Shown: in pieces, positions 27,924 to 41,100 of the stretch
Position numbering within the stretch: the first letter of the stretch is position 1
How the letters are laid out: every line of letters begins with the position of its first letter
Origin: Cycas panzhihuaensis
Taxonomy: Eukaryota > Plantae > Cycadophyta
Direction of reading: 5' to 3'
Length of the DNA: 64,000 nucleotides
Assembly: GCA_023213395.1 (NCBI GenBank)
Contig: CM041465.1
Coordinates: 91,829,741 to 91,893,740, forward strand
Position numbers and translations under genes: made by a program
The notes under the pieces: generated by a model
What the model was told of the DNA's origin: nothing
Database searches by the model: none
The model's input: the letters and a program-made list of their open reading frames with translations, nothing else

Positions 27924-27967
27924 CAGTAAAGTAGAGAATTATATTAAAATACAATAAATTTATAATA
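21663..27967 (+). repeat. Right arm of the giant inverted repeat (inverted Copia copy with 3' LTR 26599-27028 and ~0.9 kb of duplicated flank)
   Basis: Mirror of 13443-20564 with scattered substitutions. It lacks ~19413-20257 of the left arm (junction near 21990). PPT CATTAAAGGGGGA is followed by TGTTAG at 26599. Confidence 0.95.
27871..27920. repeat. (TA)n microsatellite, the inverted copy of the LINE tail at ~13490
   Basis: Visible; longer than the left-arm copy. Confidence 0.9.
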
Positions 27968-30287
27968 GGTATAGAAGGAAAAACACAAACAAAATGACAA
28001 TGTACATGTACACAGGTTGACAGGTGGAAAACCCCTTTTGGGGAAGAAAAACCACCTCCTAATATAGATTGTATTAATAAATGAATGAAAACTAATACAA
28101 TAACCAACCTCTAAAATACAGTCTGGTTTCAGGCATATGGACAGACCTCCTAGATTCCTGAAACTTATTCCATGAATCTAGGAACCTAATAAATAGGACG
28201 GAGGTTCGTTGGAATGCGGTTCCGCATTTCAATGACCATCCACAATTCAATTAACATTTAACATAAGTTTATAACTTTAGAATCACTTAAAATATTTTTA
28301 AGACATGTGACTTAAATAATAACACTAAGATACATAAGTTTGCATTCTATAATCTAACAAATTGACAAAAGAGAGCATGATTATAATAGAAAAAAGATAC
28401 ATGTTTTGTATGTCGACTCAACTTTACTGTAGCTCTATAAAATATGAAGAATGTCGTAAGAGACATCATCCTTATAAGAGATATAATATATACAAGCAAA
28501 CCAAACAAATGCTCAATCACATATAGTGTAAAATAAACAAGCAGCAAATGCAAATAATTAAATATAGTACCAAGCAAATAACAAATAACCAATACATACC
28601 TAATGAGCTAGAAAATAAAATCATATATAAAATTCCTAAATTTTGAGTAGAGGACACAAAATTGAGGAAATTATTTATATTAATATAAGAATCAATGATA
28701 TAGATATTAAGAAAGAGTTTTAAAATTAATGTTTACATAGATTATATTATGATGTAATTAGGGTTATAACTTAATAGTGTAATCTTAGTATATCTCAAGG
28801 GTTGTGTAAGTGAGTCACAAAAGTCATCACTTAGTGAATGACATATCCACAACAATTATAAACTCATTAATGAACAAGTGACACTTGTGAGACCAATTAC
28901 TAGTCTAATAGATAATTATTGATCCTAAGTTATATTAACATTCGTATCAGTATTGTAGATAATGTATTCAAAGTTCTTAATAAATTATGAAGAAATTTAA
29001 TGGTAGATTAATTCTGCTTGAGAAGTACTTTATTGTAATTCTATCCCTAACTCACGTTTTTCTCACACCTCTTAACCTTAACTAGCATCCATAGGTGCAA
29101 ACATTAACTAATGTTATTATACAAATCATAATTGAATGAAGGAAAAAGCAAACAAAATAGAAATTAGTTAGATGTTAACTTTGTAAAATGCTTGTTTTTG
29201 TTTTGATAGTATAGAATAAATGATAGCATAAAGGCTTTTAGAATGATATCTTCTTCGAGTTGTAGTACATGGAAAATGCCCAAGGGCATATTTAAACAGT
29301 GATTTATCACTAAGGAGAACACATGGGATGAGAATTGTACAAGTCTATATGCATTTGATGTTTATAATAAGAGAATAAACAAAGAACTCATGAAATCGTT
29401 GGTTACTAAAATAATGGTTAGTGGCGAAACTCTATGTTCTCTTTAATGTCTATAAATTAATTAACACTAAGACAACAAATGTGATTCATGCATTTTAGGA
29501 ACGTGATTTGCAATGCAGTTGGATACTTCTAGTGTATAATCTATAGAGATTTCAGAATGATTACAACCTTAGGAGATAAGTTGGACCCACCTTAAGATGG
29601 TATTTAAAAGAGGAGAGTATTGAGTGTTATAGGAAAGCCACCCAACTAAGGTTGTGAGGCCCTAAAATCCACAAAAAGCACAAGAGACCAAACCTTGATT
29701 CATTCGGTCTAATCTCAAACACAAACACAATAGGGCACTTAGGAGGTGATTAAAGCCATGGTCTCTAAGGGCAGTAAATTCAAGTCCCAAGTCCTTGAAG
29801 ATGTTGGCCTCTCTAATCACAACCCTATCTAGTTTGTCTTAGCACATGGAGAGATGAGGAAAGCACACTAAAGCAAGTCTACCTACTCAATAAAGGCGTG
29901 GAGTTTGCATGCTTGGTCAAGGGGTCAAATCCCTTGGAGGTGTATCTTCAGTGTGTATGGTTGACCCACGCCACACTTTGTTCTGACAAGTTGATTCTTG
30001 TATCACTTAGTGCTTTGTAGGATTCATTCAAAAAAAAAAAATAAATGGGGAGGTCCACTTTAAGCTCAACATCTCCCACCTTAATAATGATTTGTTTATA
30101 TGGAGCATCAAACAAATTTGGAGTCTCTCACCTAGGCCACCTATGACTTAGATTGGATCACCTAATGGGAGAAGCTATCAACATAACTATATCATTCTCA
30201 AGAGGTTACAAGAAGCAAGTAGTTATGATAAGTCAAAAAACTAATAAAACCAATGCCAAAGAGTTTAGTAGAAATAAGAGTGGCCTT

Positions 30288-30596
30288 AGCCTCATGGGGC
30301 TGGGTGGATTGGTAAGATATGGCGATTACCAAGAAGAGACCCAGGTTCAAAACTCATGAGTGCAAGTCATTTCACAGGGAAGTAGTCGGCGTCCACTTTG
30401 CAAAGAAAGTAGTCCGACCAAAGTCCGTTGAGTGTGCGCCAGCTGTACGATGGCGGTATGAACTCCAAGCGTGGCCAGTACAAAGGCAGTACAAAACCTG
30501 GATCCCGGAGGTCCCCCTTACTTCGGAACTTTGTACCAAGGGTGGCTAGAGGTTCTCCTCTAGATAACAAAAAAAAAAAAAAAACAAAAACAAAAA
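30288..30596 (+). mobile_element. tRNA-derived SINE
   Basis: Perfect 18-bp TSD AGAAATAAGAGTGGCCTT at 30270-30287 and 30597-30614. A-box-like TGGGTGGATTGG (30301-30312), B-box-like GGTTCAAAACT (~30345-30355) and an A-rich tail at 30569-30596. Confidence 0.9.
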
Positions 30597-31349
30597 AGAA
30601 ATAAGAGTGGCCTTGAAGGTAGTTGCCAAGCTTGTCCATGCCAAAATTCCCCAAACCATAGCTAGTTTGCACTAGATTAAAGGACATGAATGCTTTTCTT
30701 TCAAATCTTAGGTGGAAGCGAATGTCTAAATGTATCCATACACTCTAAATTAAATCAAAGAGCATCTCAAACTAGAGGGATTGTTGAAGAAATCATTAAG
30801 CACTAAAATGGCATCTTTTAAGCCCAAGATCCCTATAGTAGGTATGTATTGGATGCTTGATAATTATCCCTAAGAAACTGTCTTTTTAAAAGATGTATGA
30901 GAAAATTGGGTTTAATATTATGCTAGATGATAATCAAACACACGAGATAAATGCAATACAAAATGCTATATTTAGATGATCTAATGAGACGATGATTATT
31001 CAATATAAAAATGTATATATAGAGAGAGATGTACATCTCATAGAGAACTAATGCGAAATTATAAGTACATAAGATTTGTGAGCTTTTATCACACATAATA
31101 AGAATGCTCATATATTAAGAGTATTCACATATCCATTGATTTATGAGAAGCCCTCTATGTGCAACAATAAGAGTATTCACACATATTCATAATGCTTACA
31201 CATTAAGAGTGTTTACTGATTCAGTCATTTATGAGTAACATTTATGGTGCAACTATAAGAGTTTATGTAAACAATCTTGAATGCACAACAATACATCACC
31301 AAATGATTAGCACACCACGTAGTACCAATGACCACTCACATAATCCACA

Positions 31350-33652
31350 TATTAAATATTATCTTCAACAAGATGATTGTGATGTTTATCTAAGACTAGG
31401 AGAGCTTTCTAACACCTTTAATGATGTGACAAGTGAGATAACCCTTACACTAGATGATTTCCCTTCAGAATTCTTCATAGATACCAAGGAAATCACACAC
31501 CCAATCTTGTTTAAAATATGTCAAAAAACTCTAAGAATTTGGGGCCAAGATCAATAAAAGCAACATCAAAATCATTCCCACAAGGAATATCTTGAATGCA
31601 TCATAAGCTAAAGACCCATCACTCTCCCTAATGTCTCCTACAAAATTTTGACCAAATGCTAGCCAAAAAAGCAAAAAGTGTTTTTCTCAAGCTAATGAAA
31701 CTCTAGCATAGTGCTTTCTTCAAAGGTAGCACACTTTTCTCTAAGGCATTCACTAATATCCCCATTAATGGGACCCGCACAAAACCAATTATGCTACTGT
31801 GTGCTTGTTCATGATTATTGTGAACATAAATAGGTCACCATGGGAAAGGTAAAAGAAGCTTTTGCAAAGTTCAATGCGACACCTATTGTAAAAACAAACT
31901 AGGAGGTGAATTTGGAATCCTTGATATTCAAAGGCAAGACCATGCCCTCAGCACCATGCACATAGTTATAGCCATGAAAGAATCAGCAACCTAGAAAGCC
32001 CTTATCAAACACGACATAGCTCAAGGAAAACCCTAGGAGCAAAATGGCCTCTTTCTGCTTCCTCAAGGTCTTATCCCGATTGCTATCCTCACCTAAGTAG
32101 CAAGCACTATTATCTTCAAAGGCACCTAAAATATTGGAAAACTTTTAAGCCTTAGTGGAGAGGTGATCAGCCAAGAAGAGGCACTTCTACAGGCAATCAC
32201 TCCATCTGGTGGTATGTGATTCTCATACATGACAATTGTTCCTTAGAACAAATATTTTGGTTCAAGACTGAAAAGATGGCAAAAATGGAACTTCAAAATG
32301 TCCCCCAGCTATACAACCCCTGCATAAGTGGATGGATGATGTGAAATGGAAGTAAACAGGCCTATAGACACAAAATTTCTGACATTTATATCTCAGAGGT
32401 TATTTGGCCTTCCCCTAACAATCTACTTTCCAAGTTGACAACAAGGATAGCAAAAAGATGGTAGGAGGACTAAGCTTGCAAAATCTCCAAAAGCTTCACT
32501 AATTTCTCCACCTAGTATATGTATCAGTTTCTTGAATCCCAACTTTATTTGGTGGATAAAACCAGTAGCAAGCAAAAATGCAAAAATGCAAGAACTCCTT
32601 AGAATAAACTCCCTGAACAACACAGGAAAGCACCCATTGAACCCAATAAAGCATTCCCCACGTGGTTTTGTCATCAACCATGGCCTCACTACAAGAGATA
32701 GGCTTGCAAAGCTTGGAAACACTAACTTGGCCTCCCCACTTTGCAAATGAGAAGAGTCCATCCCACAATTCTTTTAGTGGTGTCCCCTTGATAAATATGC
32801 TTGGAATTGGGTAAAACCCTTGGCCCAACCAGTCCTCAAGTTGAATATGTGATGGAACCTAGCCATACTAGTTGACACCACACCATGGTCTAACTTTGAG
32901 ACATGCTTATGGTGGAAAATTCTACATACAATTTGGAAACAGAAAAATGATGTCACCTTTGCTAATAGATCTCCCTCAAGGTCTTTCATTAACCAAATGA
33001 AGATTGTTGGGAGTCTCTAATTATACTTTGCATATAAGTGCCAAGGTCAAAAAAGTGCAACTAGAACTCTCCCATTTGAAAGAGCTGATTGACCACTGGG
33101 GCTTTTGCAACTTGCTTTGCCCCCAGGGTCCCATCAAAACAAGGCAGCTCAACTCAACACAGACACAAAAACAGAGGGGCCAAACAGAGGCAATCACACA
33201 AAAGAGCTGGGTCTGAATTTCATCAAGGCAGAGATAACAACAGATAGCTGAATACACCTTGTGTACCATTGGCCATCTCACCAGGCTGTCCACCCAATGA
33301 CGATCGGAACCCACTGCCAGAGGATATTAGAAATGATGACCAATGGGAAAGGTTGGTTAATCCAGATCCAACTACACATGATGCCCCAGTTGCCCCCTGT
33401 GATTTGTGGTTATGTCATCCAGGTCATTGAACTTCTTATCGGTAACTTTTTATGTTGACATGTCACCATGTCATATAATTATGAGACCGCAATAATGTTT
33501 TGCGCATGCCCCATTTTGTCTAACAGTATGTAGGCTTATATTCCCCTTTTGAAGGTGTGACTCATCCCGAGGGCTCGTGGGTGGTCAATGCATCCACCTT
33601 TTTAGTCGTAGCAATATTAATATATCCATCTTCACAACATAAAAAGAAAAAA
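31350..33652 (+). mobile_element. Degenerate L1-clade LINE (RT start, post-RT region, zf-RVT)
   Basis: TLDDFPSEFF (cf. PGPDGF..EFF), RPITLPNVSYKILTK, YCKNKLGG..GILD and HGLTTRDRLAKLG...LCK*EES. The A-rich end near 33640-33652 is tentative. Confidence 0.75.
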
Positions 33653-34664
33653 GTTACTGCAGGGATTTGCATCACCAACAAGGAGATCAATTGTTCAAAC
33701 CTAAAAAGCCTTGACTTTATTCTTCTTCTTCTGTTCTGTCACTTATTCTTAGCAATTCTTATGACTGAGATATCTGCAAGATTGTGTAAATAAAAAAAGT
33801 TACAACTGAAAATAGGAGTTATAGTATTGCATGTGTGTATCACTTCAGGGCCTAGATGATTTTACTAAAATAACTAATCTTATTGGATCATCATAGGAAT
33901 AGAAGTTGACTGGATAGTGATACGGGTGACAGAATACATTCTCATGTTAGACCGGAGCTGGAATGCTAGTAGGTGTTGGTAGTACAGAAGACACTTGCTA
34001 GTGCCTTGCCTCAAAATAGTTGAAGACTTGCCTTTCATATGGAACTACACAATTTGAAGCTGCTCAAACACAGCAACCATGAGACTTGCACAGGAAAGCA
34101 TACTGGGTGGCAATCATACTTATGAGTCCATGATGATTCCCCAAGAAACAAGTGGAGTCTGAAAGAGATCGTGTTTCTTATACTATGCATTTATGTAAAC
34201 ATATTCTTCAGTAATAAACATATATCTTATCTATTCCCAACTCTTTGCATCATTAATCATTTGAATAACGGTCAACTATCAATGATTTAATCACATGTTA
34301 TGTTACAACAGATTTACTACCCCTCAAGGTGCTCAATGTTATTTCTTGCAAGTATGACAATATGCATTGGCATAATAAATCATTGCTACAATGTTGACCA
34401 AATGCACAGAATCAGAATTAATCTTAAATTGAGAGGATAACAATGATTTTTACTGTACAGATTGGTATGAAAAAGTAATATTCACAGAATTAAGAATGAA
34501 GACAACTTCAACCGCTGAGCTGCTGCTCATAATCCTATGCCTCTTACTGCTAGTTATGGTCATCTCTGAACCCTTAGCTGGCATGGAGAACACAATGTGC
34601 ATCTGTCCTGTGGCAGAAATGAGGGATCTCCAAAGTACTTAAAAGCAAGGCACTTCATGTTTGA

Positions 34665-35128
34665 ATAACCATTGAATCCTTTTATAATCCCTCAAAAGAA
34701 TCTGCTTTGATTAGAATGATCTTGCAAATTGTATTGGATGATGGATTTCTGGAAACACCTCAGCATATCAAGAAACTGTAAATTTCTAAACCCCTGTATT
34801 ATGTTCTTCAGTGCAAAGAACCTTTGCAATTCATTGTTGGTGATGTTGAATTGATTATTAGCTGAAAATTATCAGCTGCTGGACCTTCTGGCACTTTTTT
34901 CTATAACCATTGAATCCTTTTATAATCCCTCAAAAGAATCTGTTTTGATTAGAATGAGCTTTTAATTTACATTGGATGATGGATTGCTAGAAACACCTCA
35001 GCATATCAAGGAACTGTCAGCTTCTCAACCCCCGTATTATGTTCTTCTGTGCAAAGATCCTCTGAACTTCTTGTTGGTGATGTTGAATTTGTTATTAGCT
35101 GAAAATTATCATCTGCCAGACCTGCTGA
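34665..35128. repeat. Tandem duplication (~238 bp period) of the kinesin last exon and proximal 3' UTR
   Basis: Copies at 34665-34890 and 34903-35128 both start ATAACCATTGAATCCTTTTATAATCCCTCAAAAGAATCTG. Confidence 0.9.
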
Positions 35129-38100
35129 CTCACCTACAAAAATAGAAAGCTCTACATAAATGTCTGAATTGATTATTGCACAAGAGAGCAAGCAAAAGTA
35201 ATGCATTTCACATCTGCCCAAGAGGACACTGTTTTCCTTATGTTTTCTTGAACTTTATCAACACAAGAATTTTGATGAAAACAGCAAAATGAGTTTTGAA
35301 GCCTCTATATATGTGAAAAAAGTTGTGCAAACCACTGTACGGGTACTAACATTTTGCAAGTGGTTTAAGCATAACATCATGTAGGCTCTTTGAAGTTCTT
35401 TCTATTCTCACTGCAAATACCATGAATAGGTTGTCACTAGCAATCTGACTTCATCGTCAAAAGAAAAGTCCACCTTAACTTTTTAGGGGATATCTTGGAC
35501 TGCTTAACATGTAATAGCAAAAACTGACTGACTTCTCATTCTAGTCTAACAAATACAATGAGGATTGCACATAATCAATTTGTCAAAATTTTGAAATGGT
35601 ACAAGAAGATTAGAAAGTAGATATCCATTAGTAATGCCCCTACTTTCTTGTTCATAAAGATGTTCCTTAGCAGCAGCTTTGATCACTTCCAGTCTGCAAG
35701 AAAATGATAAATTATCACATGCATAAATTTTCCACAGCCTGAGAGAATGTATAAGCGACTAAAACTAAGGCACTGCAATCAACCTGTGATGCCATTCTTC
35801 ATTTCTTTTCCGCTGACGTACAAGGAATTTCTCATAGATCACATATGGGTCATCCTGTTCTTCTGTCAATTTCTCTAACTCTACACTTTCCAGCTCAAGC
35901 ACCGATCTTGGTCGTTGGAATAGTTCATTCTCAAAAATTTCTACTTCCTGAAACAATAAAGTGGACAACAATTGCATACTGTGCTTGGAATACTAGAACC
36001 ATCACAGGCTTCTTGAAGACAAATACTAATAGGAGTGTCAGTACAAGTCCTATATTCCCTGCTGTGCTTCATTTTCAGGAATTTCTGTCCCACTGATTAC
36101 ATTTTAGAGTTTGGACAGCTTAAACGTGGTACACTAGATTTAATACTGATAATTCTCTACTCACTCCCCAAGAACAGTCCAAGTGGTAAATCCTTATCAC
36201 ATTGACCAGGTTACCAAGAGCTCAAATATTATGCAGGGCATGCCAAGCCTATGGGCCTACTTTCATAATAGGGAAAAGCCCAAGAGGGTACACTCCTTGT
36301 ATGATTGGGTCAAGGACTACGTGCTACTCATTCAATGTTGGAGGGAGACGGAGGCACAATAAATATAAGAGGCCCATGGTCTTTTTTTTTTGGGGGGGGT
36401 TGGTGTGGGGGGAGGTGGAGAAGGAATTACGGCAAGTCAAAATACCTGTAGAGAAAATAAACTCTCCTTAATATGCTCAAAAGGATCCTCGAGATTTGCA
36501 GAAAGCACACGAAATTCATCCTCGACATTCACCATAGCCTTTGTACAGATCTTCATAGCCTGAACACCCACGTAATTGTGCCAAATCAGCTGTTATTTGC
36601 AAAAACACATCACTGGTATGCTTGGACAATTAAAAAGCATGTGCCTCCTACAAGCATGAAGGATTATTTTTCCTTTCTTTTCTGGACAGAACAGAAGAAT
36701 TTTATTGGTAAGAAAACTCAGTATAAGAATTTTTTTGGACTTTAAAAAATCTGCTCTCAGGCATACCCTTGACCCAAATTGAAGAGAGGATAGCGTTTCA
36801 TGAATATACTCGCTGCATGGAGCTATATTGATAATAAGAGAAGTCTTTGCACTTCCTGGAAAAAGAGGCAAGAAATAAGAAACCTTGCCTAAATCTAGAC
36901 ATTGGAACCAGAGATAAGAAACCTTCAAATTTGTTTAATTAATATAACTAAAGAATATCAATAATCTATACTTAGTCTTGTGTATACTGATGAAAGCACC
37001 AAGTTCTAATTGAATTCAAATTACCTACGAATAAAACCTTCAAATTTGTTTTATTAATGTAGCTAAAAGAATATCAATAATCTATACTTGGTCTCCTGTA
37101 TGCTGATGAAAGCACCAAGTTTTAACTGAATGCAAGTTACCTCCAAATGATTCTTGGAGCAAACGAGTGAGCTTGGATTCACGGAAAGGAATATGTGAGA
37201 CTGAGGGATCTGCTCGTGCACTTATGCATTTTCCTGTACATTAGTTTCAATATCAGAATAGGTAAATTACTAGATATAAATACATTTTTCCATCTTTTTT
37301 ATGGAACTACATATATTCAAGAGATATTACACACTCAGATACTACTGCTAGCGATCATTAACAAATATAGCTACATGCTTGGCTTCATATGCTATAAAAG
37401 GTGCTTGCCCAATTAGAAAGCAGGGTAAATACCATAAGCATACTAGAATGAGATCTGCTATTTCCATCTAGTCTACCCTTAATCAATTGATGTCTAATCA
37501 ACCATTATTGCCCAAGTCTCTTGCAGATTGGTAAAGCCTAGTAATTACAACAAAAAGCCCTGAAAAGCAATCTACAAGGCATCCAAAAAGCACTGTGTCA
37601 AAACATTCAAAACATGCCATAAATTCAACCTTACATGAGAAAATAGCAAATAGAACAACTCCTAATACCCTATAAAAAGGAGAAATTGGACATTTATTAT
37701 TAATTCCAAAGTGGACAAAGATAAGTGGAAGGAGTTATTCCATTCTAATAGAGAGTACTCAAACCAGGTAATTCATTGTTAATTCCAGAATAGAACCAGG
37801 TATGTGGAAAGAGTTATTCAATTCTAAATAGGAAGTACTCAAACCATGTGCATGGATGACCCGTGCTCTAAAAGAATATCCTCACTTCACTACAATGGAT
37901 CACCATTGTTTTTACTTCTTCCATTGAGGTATCCCAAAGTTTCTCTCATTAACTGCTCAAATGACATATTTTTCCCTAACAGTAAAAGGTGTGCAAACAT
38001 TATTAATGCCAGGTTACTTAGGTGTGAGTGGAAAACAAACAGGCTAGGTTTGCTACCCCTCATCGAATTCACCCCCTCTAGTCTGCCTTAAAGCTTGGCC

Positions 38101-41100
38101 CCCAATTGGGAGTGGGTTTGAGGGTGACTCCCACCCTAGATAAAAGGTGCATTTTGTTTGAATTATAGCAGAGCAAATCTAATGGACATATGAAGATATA
38201 ATAAAGCACATATGCATGAGGTGATAATAGATGTAAATAATAAATGAACAAACTAAAGAATGAAGTATGTACAATACATAAGACAATAAAGCTTGTGGGA
38301 AATAATCATCGCCAATTATTGCATTTGATATGAATACATACTTATAATACATAGTCACCTCATACTTGTCCAATCATATGTAAGAACCCTTATGTCCACC
38401 AATGGGACATTTACATGAATAGGTGTGCATCACCTTGCACACAACTTAATATACCTCAATTTAATAATCCTATGAGAGAGTTAAGAGGAACTCCTTAACA
38501 TTAACATTATTTAATTAAACATTATCTCTAACACCCCGCTATAATGTTTAATCACATAACTCAAATGTCACATTAACACATCATCAACCCTCTTTCATCA
38601 AGACAAGAACCATCTATCTTCTCCAATAAGACAAGCACCGCCTGCGTTCTCCAATATCCATCTTTACCCTGTACAAGCTATTCAACTAGAAGCCGCACAC
38701 CAACCAATTCTTGCTGGCGTCCATTTAAAGAAAGCTCCATCTACTAAACTACATGGGTAACCAACTACTGCAACCATCAGTTCTCTTAAAAACTCCTTCG
38801 AGTACACAATTCTGTCAACACCAAGTCAACTATTTCGGGAATAGGCCAAACTACTTGGCCAGTCAAATAAATTGAAAGAAAAAGTAACAAGCGGATCCCA
38901 ACTCTTGCCAAATGGGATTTACCAGCAACTGCTTCTTCTTCTTGAAGCCTTCACCAAATGGCTTCATCCTCTATCAACAACGCTCTCCCCTCACCTGCTC
39001 TCAACATATAGCCACCCAATCTTGGGATTACAAGGTTCACCAATCATCTATCAACCAACAGACAATTATGCTTTAAGTGTCAAACTTTGAGCTCTTCAAG
39101 ATTTCATGCAATCTGCTTGTCTGCTCAAAAACATGCACCATACAAATACCAATAACATAGGATGTGACTTCATAAAAACTAGAAATATAACTCTCTCATA
39201 AAATATTTTCTTAGTTTTAACTCAATGGTTCTCCATGATGCAGGCTCTGAAATATATCAAGTGACCAGTCAATGTGTTCGTCTATGAATTCCTTTTCTAA
39301 TGCAATCGACAATACTCAATTCTAACTTCAAACAGAAGAGTTATGCCCTAGAGAGTGATAATGCCTCATAAAAAATCAAAATCTCAAAAAAATTTACTAA
39401 AGCACCTTTTTCATTTAGCCCTTTAATCATATTATTTGCCCATGTGACCATCCAGCTTCATAAAGGGGCTTAGGGACTTAGGTGAACTTCAAACTAAGTT
39501 TCAATTTAATTAAATGTCTCAAAAACATTGCAAAAAATAATAACCCTATGTCTAAAGCCAACCTACAGGCGATTTACAAATGGATTGAAATGAATCTTGA
39601 TGAGGGCACAAATTGGGCGGTTCTTCAACAATGCAGATGGTCTTGAAGTCAATGGACAAGAGAGATGGACCTATGAAACTTGCACGCACTGATTAGTTTT
39701 TGATCTCTTAAATTGTCCTGAGGATGCATAATACGTCTAACCCACCTACTCTAGTATGCACAAACTCTATGCTTTCAAATGGTCGTTGGGATTATTCTCT
39801 TACTAGTTCAAGAGCATAAGATGGGGCCTTGTTCAGAAATGACAAGAGGCTCAAGTATGACATTTCTGCACCTCCTCTACGAGTGCCTTATCACCAAGCT
39901 TACCCTTTAGACCTGCAGTATTATCCACGAGAGGAGATCAAACGGTGAACAACATGGGAACACATGTACATGCAGGATTTGGATCTCATCATCTGAACTT
40001 GGGTGGAGCTCCTTCCATCTGAGATTCGTAAACATGAACCCTGAGCCTAGGAGATGACATAGAACCAATGGTAAGAAGAGGCAATGTTCAAGGGACATCG
40101 TTGCAGACTAGAAGATGACATAACAATGAACAATTCACACACTAACGCATATGCCTCACAAAACAGTTAATGCAGTGTAATGAATATCCAATCATGGTGA
40201 CACAGTAACGATGCGTGTTCTTAGAGGCACTTTGAATCATAGAACAATGGCGCACAACATATAGGTACACCCACGGACAGGTAATACCTCATGGTTTCAA
40301 CAATAAGGATAGGGGCGCCACGGAACAATGATTTACACCACGTAGAAGCCATAGAGAAACCATCATGCAGCAAGGGCGTAACAATAGGAGTAGATGCCAT
40401 ACAAACTAACAACAAATGAAGCATTTTATATGATAGATCTTGGTCAGATAGTCTTAGAAACATACATCTCTCACGCCCCTTGCTACAAACTGCACTTTAC
40501 GGTGCTCTGCTTCAAATTTGTGATGACTTGCAAGGAGTTCCTTCATCAAACAAACCTTATCACGTCCACAATGCCTGCCAACAAACTTGCCCATGGTTAT
40601 TTAACTCCGATTAGCACTCACGCCTCAATCCTCACAAATAGGCCTGCCAGAAAAATCGTATGATTCTCTACAATGCTTAATAGTATGTCTAACGTCTTCA
40701 ACGCTACTTTAAATCAACTCTGCCCATTGTGACAATGAACTATGAAAGCCCAACATACATCTTCTCAACATCTTGAGTGTCCACTGGTAGCAACTCTCTT
40801 TCTTCTACAAGGTTTCTCTTGAGTAATTGGTGCTTACTTCTAACGTCTTGGCACAACACTTCGCTGCTTGCATTTTACCCTAGATTATTACTCCCGCAAT
40901 ATCATGCTAACCTGCTCCATTCCACAGAATCACAGTATCCCACTTTGATACCATGGTAAAATTGTAGCAGAGTAGATCTATTGGACATATGGAGATATAA
41001 TAAAACGTATATGCATGAGGTGATAACAGATGTAAACAATAAATGAACAAACTAAAGAATGAAGTATGTACAATACATAAGACAATAAAGCTTGTGAAAA

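Larger units (their letters stand above)
14352..28359 (-). mobile_element. Ty1/Copia LTR retrotransposon rearranged by an internal inverted duplication
   Basis: 3' LTR at 14352-14766 with PPT at 14767-14779. The 5' LTR survives at 27967-28359 but lacks ~37 bp of U5 and the PBS. TSD AATTG at 14347-14351 and 28360-28364. Degenerate gag-pol runs ~19060->14851 (CAYCHKRGH knuckle, LELVHSDMCGP integrase, IHQMDVK RT, DSDWAG RNase H). Confidence 0.93.

Noticed and set aside
13443-27967. Two independent head-to-head Copia insertions, or a misassembly
   Set aside because: A single TSD pair brackets the whole unit, the flank is duplicated with the element, and the arms differ by many substitutions and indels.
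29570-30045. Possible solo LTR or second SINE
   Set aside because: LTR-like composition and a poly-A are present, but I found no TSD, matched termini or convincing A/B boxes.
36010-36100. Extra kinesin exon between exons 13 and 14
   Set aside because: The candidate acceptor gives an early stop in the required phase, and exons 13 and 14 join in frame without it.
38179-38373. Duplicated 64-aa ORF (also 40978..41172)
   Set aside because: It lies inside the two LTRs of the intronic element; no evidence it is a protein.
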